Assembly: GCA_001914055.1 (NCBI GenBank)
Contig: MKXX01000003.1
Span: 176,771-240,770 of the forward strand
DNA from: Haemophilus parainfluenzae
Lineage (GTDB): Bacteria > Pseudomonadota > Gammaproteobacteria > Enterobacterales > Pasteurellaceae
DNA: 64,000 nucleotides
Reading direction: 5' to 3'
Position numbers and translations under genes: made by a program. Below are positions 30,880 through 42,461 of this stretch, one piece after another. Positions within the stretch are counted from its first letter, which is position 1; each line of letters begins with the position of its first letter. The notes beneath the pieces were generated by a model that saw nothing but the letters and a program-made list of their open reading frames with translations, did not search any database and was not told the origin of the DNA.

Positions 30880-32334
30880 ATGTCAGTAAAAGGCGACATC
30901 GGTGTTATCGGCTTAGCCGTGATGGGGCAAAACCTCATTTTAAATATGAATGACCACGGATTTAAAGTCGTGGCATATAACCGTACCACTTCAAAAGTGG
31001 ATGAATTTTTACAAGGTGCGGCAAAAGGCACCAATATTATCGGTGCATACTCTTTAGAAGATTTAGCTTCTAAATTAGAAAAACCACGTAAAGTGATGTT
31101 AATGGTACGCGCGGGTGAGGTGGTAGATCAATTCATTGAGGCATTATTACCGCACTTAGAAGAAGGCGATATCATTATTGATGGGGGTAACTCAAACTAC
31201 CCAGATACCAACCGTCGTGTAAAAGCATTGGCTGAAAAAGGCATTCGCTTTATCGGTTCGGGTGTTTCGGGCGGTGAAGAAGGTGCGCGTCATGGACCAT
31301 CTATCATGCCTGGTGGTAATCACGAAGCATGGCCATATGTTAAACCAATCTTCCAAGCCATCGCTGCTAAAACAGAACAAGGTGAGCCTTGCTGTGACTG
31401 GGTTGGGCGAGATGGTGCTGGACATTTTGTTAAAATGGTGCATAACGGGATTGAATATGGCGATATGCAATTAATTTGCGAGGCATATCAATTCTTAAAA
31501 GAAGGCGTAGGCTTATCTGATGACGAATTAGAAGCAACTTTCAAAGCGTGGCGTAACACAGAATTAGATAGCTATTTAATTGATATCACATCAGATATCC
31601 TTGGTTATAAAGATGAAGATGGAAGCCGTTTGGTCGACAAAATTTTGGATACCGCTGGCCAAAAAGGAACTGGTAAATGGACTGGGATTAATGCCCTTGA
31701 TTTTGGTATTCCGTTAACCTTAATCACTGAATCTGTATTTGCCCGTTGCGTATCGTCTTTCAAAGAACAGCGTGTGCAAGCCTCTCGCTTATTCAACAAA
31801 GTAGTCCGCAAAGTAGAAGGCGATAAAGCAGCGTGGATCGAAGCGGTACGTAAAGCCTTATTAGCCTCAAAGATTATTTCTTATGCACAAGGTTTTATGT
31901 TAATTCGTGAAGCATCTGAAAACTTTGGTTGGTACATTAACTATGGCAGTACGGCATTATTATGGCGTGAAGGTTGTATTATCCGTAGCCGTTTCTTAGG
32001 TAACATTCGTGATGCATATGAAGCAAATCCAGATTTAATCTTCTTGGGTTCAGATAGCTACTTCAAAGGCATTTTAGAAAACGCATTAAGTGACTGGCGT
32101 AAAGTGGTGGCAAAATCTATCGAAGTGGGCATTCCAATGCCATGTATGGCATCTGCGATTACCTTCTTAGACGGTTACACTTCAGCCCGTTTGCCAGCAA
32201 ACTTATTGCAAGCACAACGTGACTACTTCGGCGCACATACTTATGAGCGTACTGATAAACCACGTGGTGAATTCTTCCACACCAACTGGACAGGTCGCGG
32301 CGGTAATACTGCATCTACTACTTATGATGTGTAA
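30880..32334 (+). CDS. gnd: 6-phosphogluconate dehydrogenase, decarboxylating
   Basis: 484 aa; GLAVMGQNLILN NADP-binding start; 6PGDH catalytic motifs. Confidence 0.95.
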   Translation: MSVKGDIGVIGLAVMGQNLILNMNDHGFKVVAYNRTTSKVDEFLQGAAKGTNIIGAYSLEDLASKLEKPRKVMLMVRAGEVVDQFIEALLPHLEEGDIIIDGGNSNYPDTNRRVKALAEKGIRFIGSGVSGGEEGARHGPSIMPGGNHEAWPYVKPIFQAIAAKTEQGEPCCDWVGRDGAGHFVKMVHNGIEYGDMQLICEAYQFLKEGVGLSDDELEATFKAWRNTELDSYLIDITSDILGYKDEDGSRLVDKILDTAGQKGTGKWTGINALDFGIPLTLITESVFARCVSSFKEQRVQASRLFNKVVRKVEGDKAAWIEAVRKALLASKIISYAQGFMLIREASENFGWYINYGSTALLWREGCIIRSRFLGNIRDAYEANPDLIFLGSDSYFKGILENALSDWRKVVAKSIEVGIPMPCMASAITFLDGYTSARLPANLLQAQRDYFGAHTYERTDKPRGEFFHTNWTGRGGNTASTTYDV

Positions 32335-32357
32335 GTCTAAAAACGTATGATAAACTC

Positions 32358-32392
32358 ACCGCACTTTGTTCACATAAAGTGCGGTTTATTTT
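32358..32392 (+). terminator. USS-pair terminator after gnd
   Basis: accgcactttgttcacataaagtgcggtttattttt. Confidence 0.7.
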
Positions 32393-32413
32393 TACCTTAT
32401 TTTGGAGAAACCT

Positions 32414-32734
32414 ATGTTACCTCAATCACGCTTAGATAAAATTTCAGAAATGGAAAACCTTCTTAATGAAGCAGAGAGTTTCTTAGCCGACGCAGAACAA
32501 TTTCTTGAAAAATGGCAGGCTTTCTTACCAAAAATGAAAACCTTAGAACACTATTATTTTGATGGTGACTGGCGAGAAGATTATCAAGCTTATGAGGACG
32601 GTAAAATCCCAGAGGATATGCCTTGTGGTGTATTAAGTGAAGATTTAGTATTTAATGCGAGTACAGGACACCATGGATTGGCGATTGAATATTTGAAAGT
32701 GATTGCGAAAGTATTAGATCAAGCTAAAGATTAA
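32414..32734 (+). CDS. DUF4298-like small cytoplasmic protein
   Basis: RBS GGAG plus ATG at 32414; 106 aa; HYYFDGDWREDYQAYEDGKIPEDMPCGVLSED pattern resembles the DUF4298 family. Confidence 0.5.
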   Translation: MLPQSRLDKISEMENLLNEAESFLADAEQFLEKWQAFLPKMKTLEHYYFDGDWREDYQAYEDGKIPEDMPCGVLSEDLVFNASTGHHGLAIEYLKVIAKVLDQAKD

Positions 32735-32863
32735 TATTCAATATATTTAATTGTTCAAAAAAACATCGAAAAACGCATATTTTTGAACTTTCATTCATAT
32801 CCGTTTGTCTTATGGAGTACTATCAATATGGATAGTTTTATATGTTAAACACGGAGAGATCCT

Positions 32864-33067
32864 ATGAAATTAATTGGAAAATCACTTGTTATCGCGATGA
32901 CTGTTATTTCCCTTGCTGCATGTGGAAATATGAACCGTACACAAAAAAATACAACAGCTGGTGCAGCTATTGGTGGTGCAGCAGGCTATATGCTTGGTGG
33001 TAATACCGCGACCACATTAGGTGGTGCCGCATTAGGTGGCGTAATCGGTAGCCAAGTCAATAAATAG
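32864..33067 (+). CDS. Glycine-zipper small lipoprotein (OsmB/YMGG-like)
   Basis: 67 aa; lipobox LAAC; GAAIGGAAGYMLGG...GGAALGGVIGS glycine zipper. Confidence 0.7.
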   Translation: MKLIGKSLVIAMTVISLAACGNMNRTQKNTTAGAAIGGAAGYMLGGNTATTLGGAALGGVIGSQVNK

Positions 33068-33110
33068 TCAAAAAAATAACCGCACTTCATAAGTGGCGGT
33101 TATTTTTTTA

Positions 33111-34439
33111 TTATTTCTCATCTGTTTTTTCTGTGCTTGGTTTACGGCGTTTACCAATATTTTTCGTATCTTTATGACGTAATTTGGCTTTCTTCTTCAC
33201 CTCTGATTTTTTCTTTTCTTCACGCTTTTCTTTCATACGTGCTTTTTGCTTTTTAGACATGGATTTTACTTCCCCATCTTTCGGTGGTTTAGTACGAGGT
33301 TCTAGCCCTTCTAAAATACGCGCTTTTAAAAGCTCTTCCGTATAGCGTTTAATTTTACCAAGCAATTTGTAATCATGTGCTTCAACAAAAGAAACGGCAG
33401 TGCCTTTTTTCCCTGCACGAGCCGTACGACCAATACGATGTAAATACGTATCTGCACTGTAAGGCAAATCGAAGTTCATGACGTGTGTGACATCATCAAT
33501 ATCAATCCCGCGAGCAGCCACATCAGTAGCCACTAACACAGTAACAACACCTGATTTCAACTTATCAATGGCATTATTGCGTTGTGTTTGCGCCATATCG
33601 CCTTCTAAATAAGTAGAACGAATCCCACGTTTACGCAAGGTTTCAGAAAGCTCACGCACATCTTCGCGACGACGGACAAACACAATACCTCTGCTAACTT
33701 TTTCGGTTTCGATGAAACGTGCAAGCAACTTAATTTTATGTTCATTGCTATCGGCGTGATAATACCACTGGTTGATTTTCTTACGCTCACGGCGACTTGG
33801 CTCGGCATCAATTTTTACCGGGTCATTCAATAAACGTTCTGCAAAATCAACTAATAACTCCCCTTCTAATGTCGCTGAGAAGAGGAGCGTTTGTTTACGC
33901 CAACGTGTTTCAGCAGCAATTTTCTCCGCATCTTGCCCAAAGCCCATTTGCAACATGCGATCTGCTTCATCAAAAATCAGCATTTCTACCGCGCGACAAT
34001 CAAAGTTCTCTTCTTTGATGTATTGCAATAAACGTCCTGGTGTTGCCACCACGATATCCTGATTTGAATTAAACACTTCCCCATGATTTTGATACGCTAC
34101 ACCGCCTGTAATCGTAGCAATCTTCAAATGCGTGAATTGCGCCAATTCTTCCGCTTGTTCCGCAACCTGCATCGCTAACTCACGAGTTGGTGTTAAAATT
34201 AAAATGCGAGGCGCACCAGGTTTACGACGGGGATAATCCAATAAATGCTGAATCGCTGGCAATAAAAATGCAGCAGTTTTACCTGTACCTGTTGGTGCAG
34301 AACCTAACACATCACGCTCTTCCATTGCAGCCGGAATCGCTTCTAATTGGATGGCAGTTGGGCGAGTATAACCTTTCTTTTCTAAGGCCTTTAATAATTC
34401 AGGGGAAAGATCGAATTCTTCAAATGGGGATAAATTCAT
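33111..34439 (-). CDS. srmB: ATP-dependent RNA helicase SrmB (DEAD box)
   Basis: 442 aa; Q-motif, GTGKT Walker A, DEAD (FDEAD), SAT, HRIGRTAR; basic K/E tail; E. coli-like srmB/yfiC divergent pair. Confidence 0.9.
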   Translation of the reverse strand: MNLSPFEEFDLSPELLKALEKKGYTRPTAIQLEAIPAAMEERDVLGSAPTGTGKTAAFLLPAIQHLLDYPRRKPGAPRILILTPTRELAMQVAEQAEELAQFTHLKIATITGGVAYQNHGEVFNSNQDIVVATPGRLLQYIKEENFDCRAVEMLIFDEADRMLQMGFGQDAEKIAAETRWRKQTLLFSATLEGELLVDFAERLLNDPVKIDAEPSRRERKKINQWYYHADSNEHKIKLLARFIETEKVSRGIVFVRRREDVRELSETLRKRGIRSTYLEGDMAQTQRNNAIDKLKSGVVTVLVATDVAARGIDIDDVTHVMNFDLPYSADTYLHRIGRTARAGKKGTAVSFVEAHDYKLLGKIKRYTEELLKARILEGLEPRTKPPKDGEVKSMSKKQKARMKEKREEKKKSEVKKKAKLRHKDTKNIGKRRKPSTEKTDEK

Positions 34440-34509
34440 TATTTTGCGTTAATTTGTTAAAATTGGGGCTGATTATACCTGAAAGTGCGGTCATTTTCCG
34501 CAAGATTTT

Positions 34510-35208
34510 ATGAGCAGCTTTACCTTCAAACAATTCCATATTAATCAACAACATTGTGCAATGAAAGTCGGCACAGACGGCATTTTACTGGGTGCTTGGG
34601 CGGATGTATCTGATTGTCAGTATATTCTAGATATGGGGACTGGCACAGGCTTGGTTGCATTAATGCTCGCCCAACGAAGTCATGAGCATTGCCAAATTGA
34701 AGCCGTTGAACTTGATCCCCTTGCAACACAACAAGCACAAGAAAACTTCCAGGCTTCGCCATGGCACAATCGCCTTTATTTAACACACCAAGATGTGCAA
34801 ACTTATTGCCAACAAACAGCACATCAATTTGATTTAATTGTGGCGAATCCGCCTTATTTTGCGCAAGGCGTTGAATGTAGAAATAATGAACGAGCACTTG
34901 CCCGTTATGTTCAACAAAGCCATTTAGATTGGTTAAATTGGGCGGCGAGTTGTTTATCCGAAAAAGGAAAAATCAGTTTTGTCTTGCCTTATGAGGCGGG
35001 GAAAACATTGATAAATTCAACCGCACTCTGTTGCATTAAGCAGACTGATGTCATTACAAAGACAGGGAAAGATCCACAACGGATATTACTCACGTTTAGC
35101 CGAGAGCATTTACCACAGGTAAAAGATAGCTTGGTGATTTATAACGAAAACAATCAGTACACAGAGGAATTTATTGCGTTGACGAAGGCATTTTATTTGA
35201 AAATGTAA
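34510..35208 (+). CDS. yfiC: tRNA1(Val) (adenine37-N6)-methyltransferase
   Basis: 232 aa; SAM motif DMGTGTG; NPPY catalytic motif; divergent from srmB as in E. coli. Confidence 0.85.
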   Translation: MSSFTFKQFHINQQHCAMKVGTDGILLGAWADVSDCQYILDMGTGTGLVALMLAQRSHEHCQIEAVELDPLATQQAQENFQASPWHNRLYLTHQDVQTYCQQTAHQFDLIVANPPYFAQGVECRNNERALARYVQQSHLDWLNWAASCLSEKGKISFVLPYEAGKTLINSTALCCIKQTDVITKTGKDPQRILLTFSREHLPQVKDSLVIYNENNQYTEEFIALTKAFYLKM

Positions 35209-35234
35209 GGGCATATGACTATGCCCTTTTTTAT
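35207..35234. terminator. Bidirectional terminator between yfiC and pnuC
   Basis: AAGGGCATA-tgact-ATGCCCTTTTTT. Confidence 0.7.
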
Positions 35235-35242
35235 TGATGTGA

Positions 35243-35926
35243 TTAGTGACTTTCCGCTTTGACGAGTTTCGTCCAGTTGTAATAACCATATAATGAGTTA
35301 AGTAAGTAAGCACTATACATTAAGTACATCGCTGGCTGCTCTGCCCAAAGTAAAATGGAAAGCACATTTAAGACAATCCACAATAACCATTGCTCACGAT
35401 AACGCAAAATCATCAATAATTGTGCCGCTACGGTGATAATCGTGGTTAAACCATCTAATCCTGTAGAACTCCCGCCCGCTGCTTTTAAAGCCTGCACAAA
35501 GCAGAATGTCCCAATCCCAACACTCACGAGTAAAATTGCCCAACCTTTTGGTGTTAAAGCTTTTGCAATTACACTTTCACTGCCATTATCGTTTTGCATG
35601 TGTTGTTTCCACATAAAATAACCGATAAATTGTGATGGAATATACACATAGAGCACCGTATTCATTTCGCCCAGGAAATTGTTTCCCCATGCGACATAAA
35701 AATAGGTGTAAGCAAAAATAAGCCCAAAGAAATAGTTGCTAATTTTTCCTTTACTCACCAATACTACACAGAGAATACCTGCAATACCCGAAATCATGCC
35801 TAATGGGCTATCTGGCGCAAGAACATAAGCAATAATTTGCGCGGCAAGGAAAATAACCACCCATACCACTTCAAAAGGCTTCCAACCGGATAAAAATTCT
35901 TCTTTAAGTCGTTCTGTCCAATTCAT
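35243..35926 (-). CDS. pnuC: Nicotinamide riboside transporter PnuC
   Basis: ORF to 35989; conserved start MNWTERLKEEFLSGWKPFE at 35926; about 7 TM; PnuC family. Confidence 0.85.
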   Translation of the reverse strand: MNWTERLKEEFLSGWKPFEVVWVVIFLAAQIIAYVLAPDSPLGMISGIAGILCVVLVSKGKISNYFFGLIFAYTYFYVAWGNNFLGEMNTVLYVYIPSQFIGYFMWKQHMQNDNGSESVIAKALTPKGWAILLVSVGIGTFCFVQALKAAGGSSTGLDGLTTIITVAAQLLMILRYREQWLLWIVLNVLSILLWAEQPAMYLMYSAYLLNSLYGYYNWTKLVKAESH

Positions 35927-36011
35927 GGAACACTCCTGTTTTATAAAAAGTACGCCATTTTTACACCGCACTTTTTTAAAGTAAAGCATAGCGGGTATTT
36001 AATTTGATTAT

Positions 36012-36027
36012 TGTGAGATAAATCACA
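36012..36027. promoter_or_regulatory. Perfect CRP box in pnuC-rapA divergent region
   Basis: TGTGAGATAAATCACA; centre 93 bp upstream of pnuC ATG (about -41.5 to a TATGCT -10 on minus strand) and about 63 bp upstream of a TATAAT (36071-36076) facing rapA. Confidence 0.6.
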
Positions 36028-36121
36028 CTTTATTTTTCATACTTTTAGATGGCCATGCCTTGCTTTCCCTTATAATCAGACTACAATATCGCCCCATTTT
36101 AAGAGATTCATTAAGAGGAAG

Positions 36122-38887
36122 ATGATGTCATTTGCAATCGGTCAACGTTGGATTAGCGAAACAGAAAATAGCCTCGGATTAGGCATGATTACAGACTTAG
36201 ATTTCCGTTCAGTTACCCTTCACTTTCCCGCCACAGATGAAACCCGAATTTATGCGGTGGCACAAGCTCCCTTAACCCGAATTGTATTGAATAAAGGGGA
36301 ACAACTTCATCACCAGGCAGGTTGGCAAGGTGAAGTTCTTGATGTTCAAGAAATGAATGGTCTCTTATTTTATTTAGTCAAAAATGCGCAAGGCGAAGAC
36401 GTTATCGTCAATGAAAAAGAACTTTCTCCGATAATTTCTTTTAGCCAAGCGAAAGATCGCCTCTTTTCATCGCAAATTGACCGCAGTGAACATTTTGCGT
36501 TGCGTTATCAAACTCTTCTACATCAACAAGCTCAATTCCAATCGCCTTTGCGTGGATTACGAGGCAATCGTGCGGGTTTAATTCCTCATCAACTTCATAT
36601 CGCGCAAGAGGTAGGAAATCGTGTCAATCCTCGTGTACTCTTAGCGGATGAAGTGGGGTTAGGTAAAACCATTGAAGCAGGGATGATTTTGCAAAACCAG
36701 CTTTTTACTGAAAAAGTACAACGTGTATTAATTATTGTACCTGAAACCTTGCAACATCAATGGCTTGTTGAAATGCTTCGTCGTTTTAATTTACATTTTT
36801 CATTATTTGATGAAGAACGTTGTGAAGATTTTGCCGAACAAGCTATCAACCCATTTAGTACAGAAAGCTTAATTATCTGTGCATTAGACTGGTTGAAAGC
36901 CCATCCCAATCGTGTACAACAAGCTATTGAAGCTGAATTTGACTGTTTAATTGTCGATGAAGCGCATCATTTAGCTTGGTCTGAAAATGCGCCAAGTGCC
37001 GCTTATTTATTAGTAGAACAATTAGCGAATGCTATTCCATCTGTTTTATTACTCACCGCAACGCCTGAACAACTGGGTTTGGAAAGCCATTTTGCACGTT
37101 TACGCTTGCTTGATCATGAGCGTTTTTACGATTATCAAGCATTCTTGAAGGAGCAAGAAAACTATCAGCCTGTTGCGGATGCTGTGCAATCTTTACTCTC
37201 AGAGAAGTCGCTAAGTGCGGTCGAAAAAAATCATATTTCTGATTTACTCAATGAGCAGGATGTCGAACCATTATTCAAAGCTTTAGCCTGTCATAATGAT
37301 GAGGAGAAACAAGCTGCGCGACAAGAACTCATTCAAAATCTCATCGACAGACATGGCACAAGCCGTATTTTATTTCGCAATACACGCCAAGGTGTAAAAG
37401 GTTTCCCGCATCGGGTTTATCACCAAGTAACGATTGATGCGACTGAGGGTGATGAAAAAATTCATTGGTTAATTGATTTTCTAAAATCACACCGAAATGA
37501 AAAAATCTTAGTCATTTGTAAAACAGCACAAACGGCAATTCAACTTGAGCAAATTTTACGAGAAAAAGAAGCCATTCGCAGTGCCGTTTTCCATGAGAGA
37601 ATGTCGATTATTGAACGAGATCGCGCGGCGGCTTATTTTGCAGATACTGATAATGGCGCACAAGTTTTACTGAGTTCAAGCATTGGTTCTGAAGGCAGAA
37701 ATTTCCAATTTGCTTGTCATCTCGTACTCTTCGATTTACCGGAGAATCCTGACTTACTTGAGCAATGTATCGGCCGTTTAGATCGTATTGGGCAAACACG
37801 AGACGTGCAAATTTATGTCCCTTGCCTAGCAGGTTCTGCACAACAAGATTTAGCCCGTTGGTATCATGAGGGCTTAAATGCCTTTGAACAAACTTGCCCT
37901 ATTGGTATGGCATTGTTTGAACAATATGAAACTTTATTAAAAGTGCGGTCAGAAAATAAAGCAGATTTTGAGCAACTCATTCTCCAAACACAAAAACAAG
38001 CAAAAGCATTGCGCTTAGCCTTAGAGAAAGGGCGTGATCGTTTGTTAGAATTAAATTCTAATGGTGGTGAAAAGGCACAACGACTTGCGGCAGAAATCGC
38101 TCAAACTGATAATTCACCACAATTAGTCGATTTTGCACTGAATTTATTTGATATTATTGGTGTAGAACAAGATGATTTAGGTGAAAACAGCATTGTCATC
38201 ACGCCAACGGGCACCATGCTTGTTCCTGATTTCCCAGGACTAAAAGAAGAAGGTGTTACAGTAACCTTTGACCGACAACTTGCTCTTGCGCGTGAAGAAT
38301 TAGAATTTCTGACCTGGGATCATCCAATGATACGTCAAGGCATTGATTTAATCGCTTCTGGTGACATTGGCAAAGCATCGATGGCATTATTAGTCAATAA
38401 ACAGCTGCCTGCTGGTACTCTGTTGGTTGAATTGATTTATATGATTGAAAGCCAATCACCAAAAGGTTTGCAACTGAATCGTTTTCTTCCGCCTACACCA
38501 GTTCGATTATTGATGGATAGCAAAGGAAATGATCTCGCCGGACAAGTTAATTTTGATACATTGCAAAATAAACTTAAACCGCTAGGCAAAGACATTGCGA
38601 ATAAAATGATCAAAATGGCTCGTCCAAATATTGAGCAATTAATTAAACTAGGCGATCACAAAATAACTGAAATTGCACAAGCTCAAATTCGAGAAGCCAG
38701 TAAATTAGCAGATCAAACATTGAGCACTGAAATCAATCGACTTATCGCCTTGAAAGCAGTAAATAAAAATATTCGCCAAGCAGAAATTGATGTATTAGAA
38801 AAACAACGTGTGCTTTCTCTGGAAGAGTTAAGTAAAGCAAGCTGGCGATTAGATAGCCTTCGGGTAATAGTGACAAACAAGGAATAA
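36122..38887 (+). CDS. rapA: RNA polymerase-associated SWI2/SNF2 ATPase RapA (HepA)
   Basis: 921 aa; [14 protein letters not shown] start; DEVGLGKT Walker A; DEAHH; collinear with E. coli RapA. Confidence 0.95.
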   Translation: MMSFAIGQRWISETENSLGLGMITDLDFRSVTLHFPATDETRIYAVAQAPLTRIVLNKGEQLHHQAGWQGEVLDVQEMNGLLFYLVKNAQGEDVIVNEKELSPIISFSQAKDRLFSSQIDRSEHFALRYQTLLHQQAQFQSPLRGLRGNRAGLIPHQLHIAQEVGNRVNPRVLLADEVGLGKTIEAGMILQNQLFTEKVQRVLIIVPETLQHQWLVEMLRRFNLHFSLFDEERCEDFAEQAINPFSTESLIICALDWLKAHPNRVQQAIEAEFDCLIVDEAHHLAWSENAPSAAYLLVEQLANAIPSVLLLTATPEQLGLESHFARLRLLDHERFYDYQAFLKEQENYQPVADAVQSLLSEKSLSAVEKNHISDLLNEQDVEPLFKALACHNDEEKQAARQELIQNLIDRHGTSRILFRNTRQGVKGFPHRVYHQVTIDATEGDEKIHWLIDFLKSHRNEKILVICKTAQTAIQLEQILREKEAIRSAVFHERMSIIERDRAAAYFADTDNGAQVLLSSSIGSEGRNFQFACHLVLFDLPENPDLLEQCIGRLDRIGQTRDVQIYVPCLAGSAQQDLARWYHEGLNAFEQTCPIGMALFEQYETLLKVRSENKADFEQLILQTQKQAKALRLALEKGRDRLLELNSNGGEKAQRLAAEIAQTDNSPQLVDFALNLFDIIGVEQDDLGENSIVITPTGTMLVPDFPGLKEEGVTVTFDRQLALAREELEFLTWDHPMIRQGIDLIASGDIGKASMALLVNKQLPAGTLLVELIYMIESQSPKGLQLNRFLPPTPVRLLMDSKGNDLAGQVNFDTLQNKLKPLGKDIANKMIKMARPNIEQLIKLGDHKITEIAQAQIREASKLADQTLSTEINRLIALKAVNKNIRQAEIDVLEKQRVLSLEELSKASWRLDSLRVIVTNKE

Positions 38888-38888
38888 T

Positions 38889-39548
38889 ATGGCACTCATT
38901 GAATACCATCCCCCTTTAGAACCGTATTTAGATATTATCTACCAAGATAATCATATCTGCGTAGTAGACAAACCGAGCGGTTTACTTTCAGTTCCTGGCA
39001 ATCAGCCAGAATACTATGACAGTGCAATGAGTCGGGTAAAAGAGAAATTTGGATTTTGTGAACCTGCACATCGTTTAGATATGGCCACAAGTGGGATTAT
39101 TCTATTTGCATTAAGTAAAGCAGCAGATAAAGAGTTGAAACGTCAATTTCGTGAACGTGAGCCAAAGAAATATTATCACGCTTTAGTATGGGGACACTTA
39201 GAACAAGATAGTGGGGAAATTAATCTTCCAATGATTTGTGATTGGGAAAATCGCCCACGCCAACGCATTGATTTTGTTTTCGGCAAAAGAGCGGTCACGT
39301 TTTATGAAGTTTTAGAAAGATTACCGACTAACTGCACTCGAGTTAAACTGACACCAATCACAGGACGTTCACATCAACTACGTTTACATACACTCGCACT
39401 AGGACATCCTATTTTAGGTGACAAGTTTTATTCTCACCCACAAGCTAAAGCGATGTCACCTCGCCTATGCTTACATGCAGAAGAACTTACGATTACGCAC
39501 CCCATCACAGGTGAAAAAATGACATTCAGAGCTGAAGCTGAATTCTAG
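38889..39548 (+). CDS. rluA: 23S rRNA/tRNA pseudouridine synthase RluA
   Basis: 219 aa; HRLDMATSG catalytic Asp motif; rapA-rluA linkage. Confidence 0.9.
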   Translation: MALIEYHPPLEPYLDIIYQDNHICVVDKPSGLLSVPGNQPEYYDSAMSRVKEKFGFCEPAHRLDMATSGIILFALSKAADKELKRQFREREPKKYYHALVWGHLEQDSGEINLPMICDWENRPRQRIDFVFGKRAVTFYEVLERLPTNCTRVKLTPITGRSHQLRLHTLALGHPILGDKFYSHPQAKAMSPRLCLHAEELTITHPITGEKMTFRAEAEF

Positions 39549-39560
39549 AAATGAAATATA

Positions 39561-39592
39561 AAAAAGGCTCACTTAGTGAGCCTTTTCATTTT
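39561..39592. terminator. Bidirectional terminator between rluA and rplQ
   Basis: AAAAAGGCTCAC-tta-GTGAGCCTTTTCATTTT. Confidence 0.75.
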
Positions 39593-39603
39593 ATAACAAA
39601 TTA

Positions 39604-40011
<408 letters not shown>

Positions 40012-40027
40012 TTAACCTATGACCAAA

Positions 40028-41017
40028 CTAGTCTTCAGCAATACTTGCTGGTGGCCAATTCTCAAGGCGCATACCAAGTGACAAGCCACGTGAAGCGAGA
40101 ACGTCTTTAATTTCAGTAAGCGATTTCTTACCAAGATTAGGCGTTTTTAATAACTCAACTTCTGTACGTTGCACTAAGTCACCGATATAGTGAATTGTTT
40201 CTGCTTTCAAACAGTTAGCAGAACGAACTGTCAACTCTAAGTCATCAACAGGACGTAATAAAATCGGATCGAATTCCGGTTTTTCTTCCTTGACTTCAGG
40301 TTGACGAACATCACGCAAATCAACGAATGCATCGAGTTGCTCTGCTAAAATTGTTGCTGCACGACGAATTGCTTCTTCCGGATCAATAGTCCCGTTAGTT
40401 TCTAACTCGATAACTAGTTTATCTAAGTCAGTACGTTGTTCAACACGTGCTGCTTCAACATTGTAAGCAATACGGTCAACTGGGCTATAACAAGCATCCA
40501 CTAATAAACGACCGATTGGACGATCTTCATTTTGTGAATGAGTACGAGCAGATGCAGGTACATAACCTCTACCACGTTGAACACGAATACGCATATTAAT
40601 AGATGCATTTTCGTCTGTTAAGTGACAGATTACATGTGATGGATTAACAATCTCAACATCACCATCATGGGTGATATCAGCTGCAACAACAGGGCCAATT
40701 CCAGATTTATTTAATGTCAGAATAACATCATCTTTATTCTGTACTTTAACCGCTAGACCTTTAAGGTTTAAAAGAACTTCAAGAATATCTTCCTGAACAC
40801 CTTCTTTACTACTATATTCATGCAGTACGCCATCAATTTCTACTTCAGTTACAGCACAACCTGGCATTGAAGACAGAAGGATACGACGTAATGCATTCCC
40901 TAGAGTATGACCAAAGCCACGCTCTAACGGTTCTAAGATCACCTTAGCATGAGTAGAGCTAATTTGCTCAATATCTACTAAGCGTGGCTTTAAAAATTCT
41001 GTAACAGAACCCTGCAT
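40028..41017 (-). CDS. rpoA: DNA-directed RNA polymerase subunit alpha
   Basis: 329 aa [18 protein letters not shown]... Confidence 0.97.
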   Translation of the reverse strand: MQGSVTEFLKPRLVDIEQISSTHAKVILEPLERGFGHTLGNALRRILLSSMPGCAVTEVEIDGVLHEYSSKEGVQEDILEVLLNLKGLAVKVQNKDDVILTLNKSGIGPVVAADITHDGDVEIVNPSHVICHLTDENASINMRIRVQRGRGYVPASARTHSQNEDRPIGRLLVDACYSPVDRIAYNVEAARVEQRTDLDKLVIELETNGTIDPEEAIRRAATILAEQLDAFVDLRDVRQPEVKEEKPEFDPILLRPVDDLELTVRSANCLKAETIHYIGDLVQRTEVELLKTPNLGKKSLTEIKDVLASRGLSLGMRLENWPPASIAED

Positions 41018-41048
41018 TTTATCCTCTCTTTGCTTTTAAGCTTAACTA

Positions 41049-41669
41049 TTATTTAGAGTAAAGCTCAACGATCAGATGTTCGTTAATGTCTGCTGATAAA
41101 TCAGAACGTTCAGGAACACGTTTGAACACACCTTCCATTTTTGCAGAATCAACTTCTAACCAAGTTGGTTTTTCTCTTTGTTCTGCTAATTCTAATGATG
41201 CTTTAATACGTGCTTGTTTTTTAGATTTCTCACGAACAGCAACTACATCATTTACAGAAACTTGGAAAGATGGGATATTTACAACACGACCATTTACGAC
41301 AATCGCTTTGTGGCTCACTAATTGACGAGCTTCTGCGCGAGTTGCAGCAAATCCCATGCGATAAACAACGTTATCCAATCTACCTTCTAATAATACTAGT
41401 AAGTTCTCACCAGTATTACCTTTTAAACGGTTTGCTTCTTTATAGTAGTTACGGAATTGACGTTCTAAAATACCATAGATACGACGAACTTTTTGTTTTT
41501 CACGTAATTGACTACCATAGTCAGACAAACGCGGTTTACGAGCACCGTGTTGACCTGGTGCTGTATCAATTTTACATTTTGAATCAATCGCACGCACACC
41601 TGATTTAAGGAATAAATCAGTGCCTTCACGACGGCTGAGCTTGAGTTTAGGGCCCAAATATCTTGCCAT
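41049..41669 (-). CDS. rpsD: 30S ribosomal protein S4
   Basis: 206 aa [20 protein letters not shown]. Confidence 0.97.
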   Translation of the reverse strand: MARYLGPKLKLSRREGTDLFLKSGVRAIDSKCKIDTAPGQHGARKPRLSDYGSQLREKQKVRRIYGILERQFRNYYKEANRLKGNTGENLLVLLEGRLDNVVYRMGFAATRAEARQLVSHKAIVVNGRVVNIPSFQVSVNDVVAVREKSKKQARIKASLELAEQREKPTWLEVDSAKMEGVFKRVPERSDLSADINEHLIVELYSK

Positions 41670-41698
41670 TTTCTTTCTCCAACTATCCTATTACGCCA

Positions 41699-42091
<393 letters not shown>

Positions 42092-42104
42092 TTATTTACC
42101 CCGA

Positions 42105-42461
42105 CTATTTTTTGATCGGCTTACGTGGACCCTTACGGGTACGCGCATTAGTTTTAGTACGTTGACCACGTACCGGTAAACTACGACGATGACGTAAACC
42201 ACGGTAACAACCTAAGTCTAAAAGACGTTTGATGTTTAGTGTTACTTCACGACGTAAGTCACCTTCAACGGTAAATTTACCAACTTCGTCACGCAGTTTG
42301 TCAATCTGCTCTTCAGACAATTCGCTGATCTTAACATCTTCAGCAATACCCGCTGCAGCACAAATGCTTTTAGAACGAGTTTTACCGATACCGTAAATTG
42401 CAGTTAAAGCGATTACAGCGTGTTTGTGATCAGGAATGTTAATGCCTGCAATACGGGCCAC
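42105..42461 (-). CDS. rpsM: 30S ribosomal protein S13
   Basis: 118 aa [16 protein letters not shown]. Confidence 0.97.
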   Translation of the reverse strand: MARIAGINIPDHKHAVIALTAIYGIGKTRSKSICAAAGIAEDVKISELSEEQIDKLRDEVGKFTVEGDLRREVTLNIKRLLDLGCYRGLRHRRSLPVRGQRTKTNARTRKGPRKPIKK

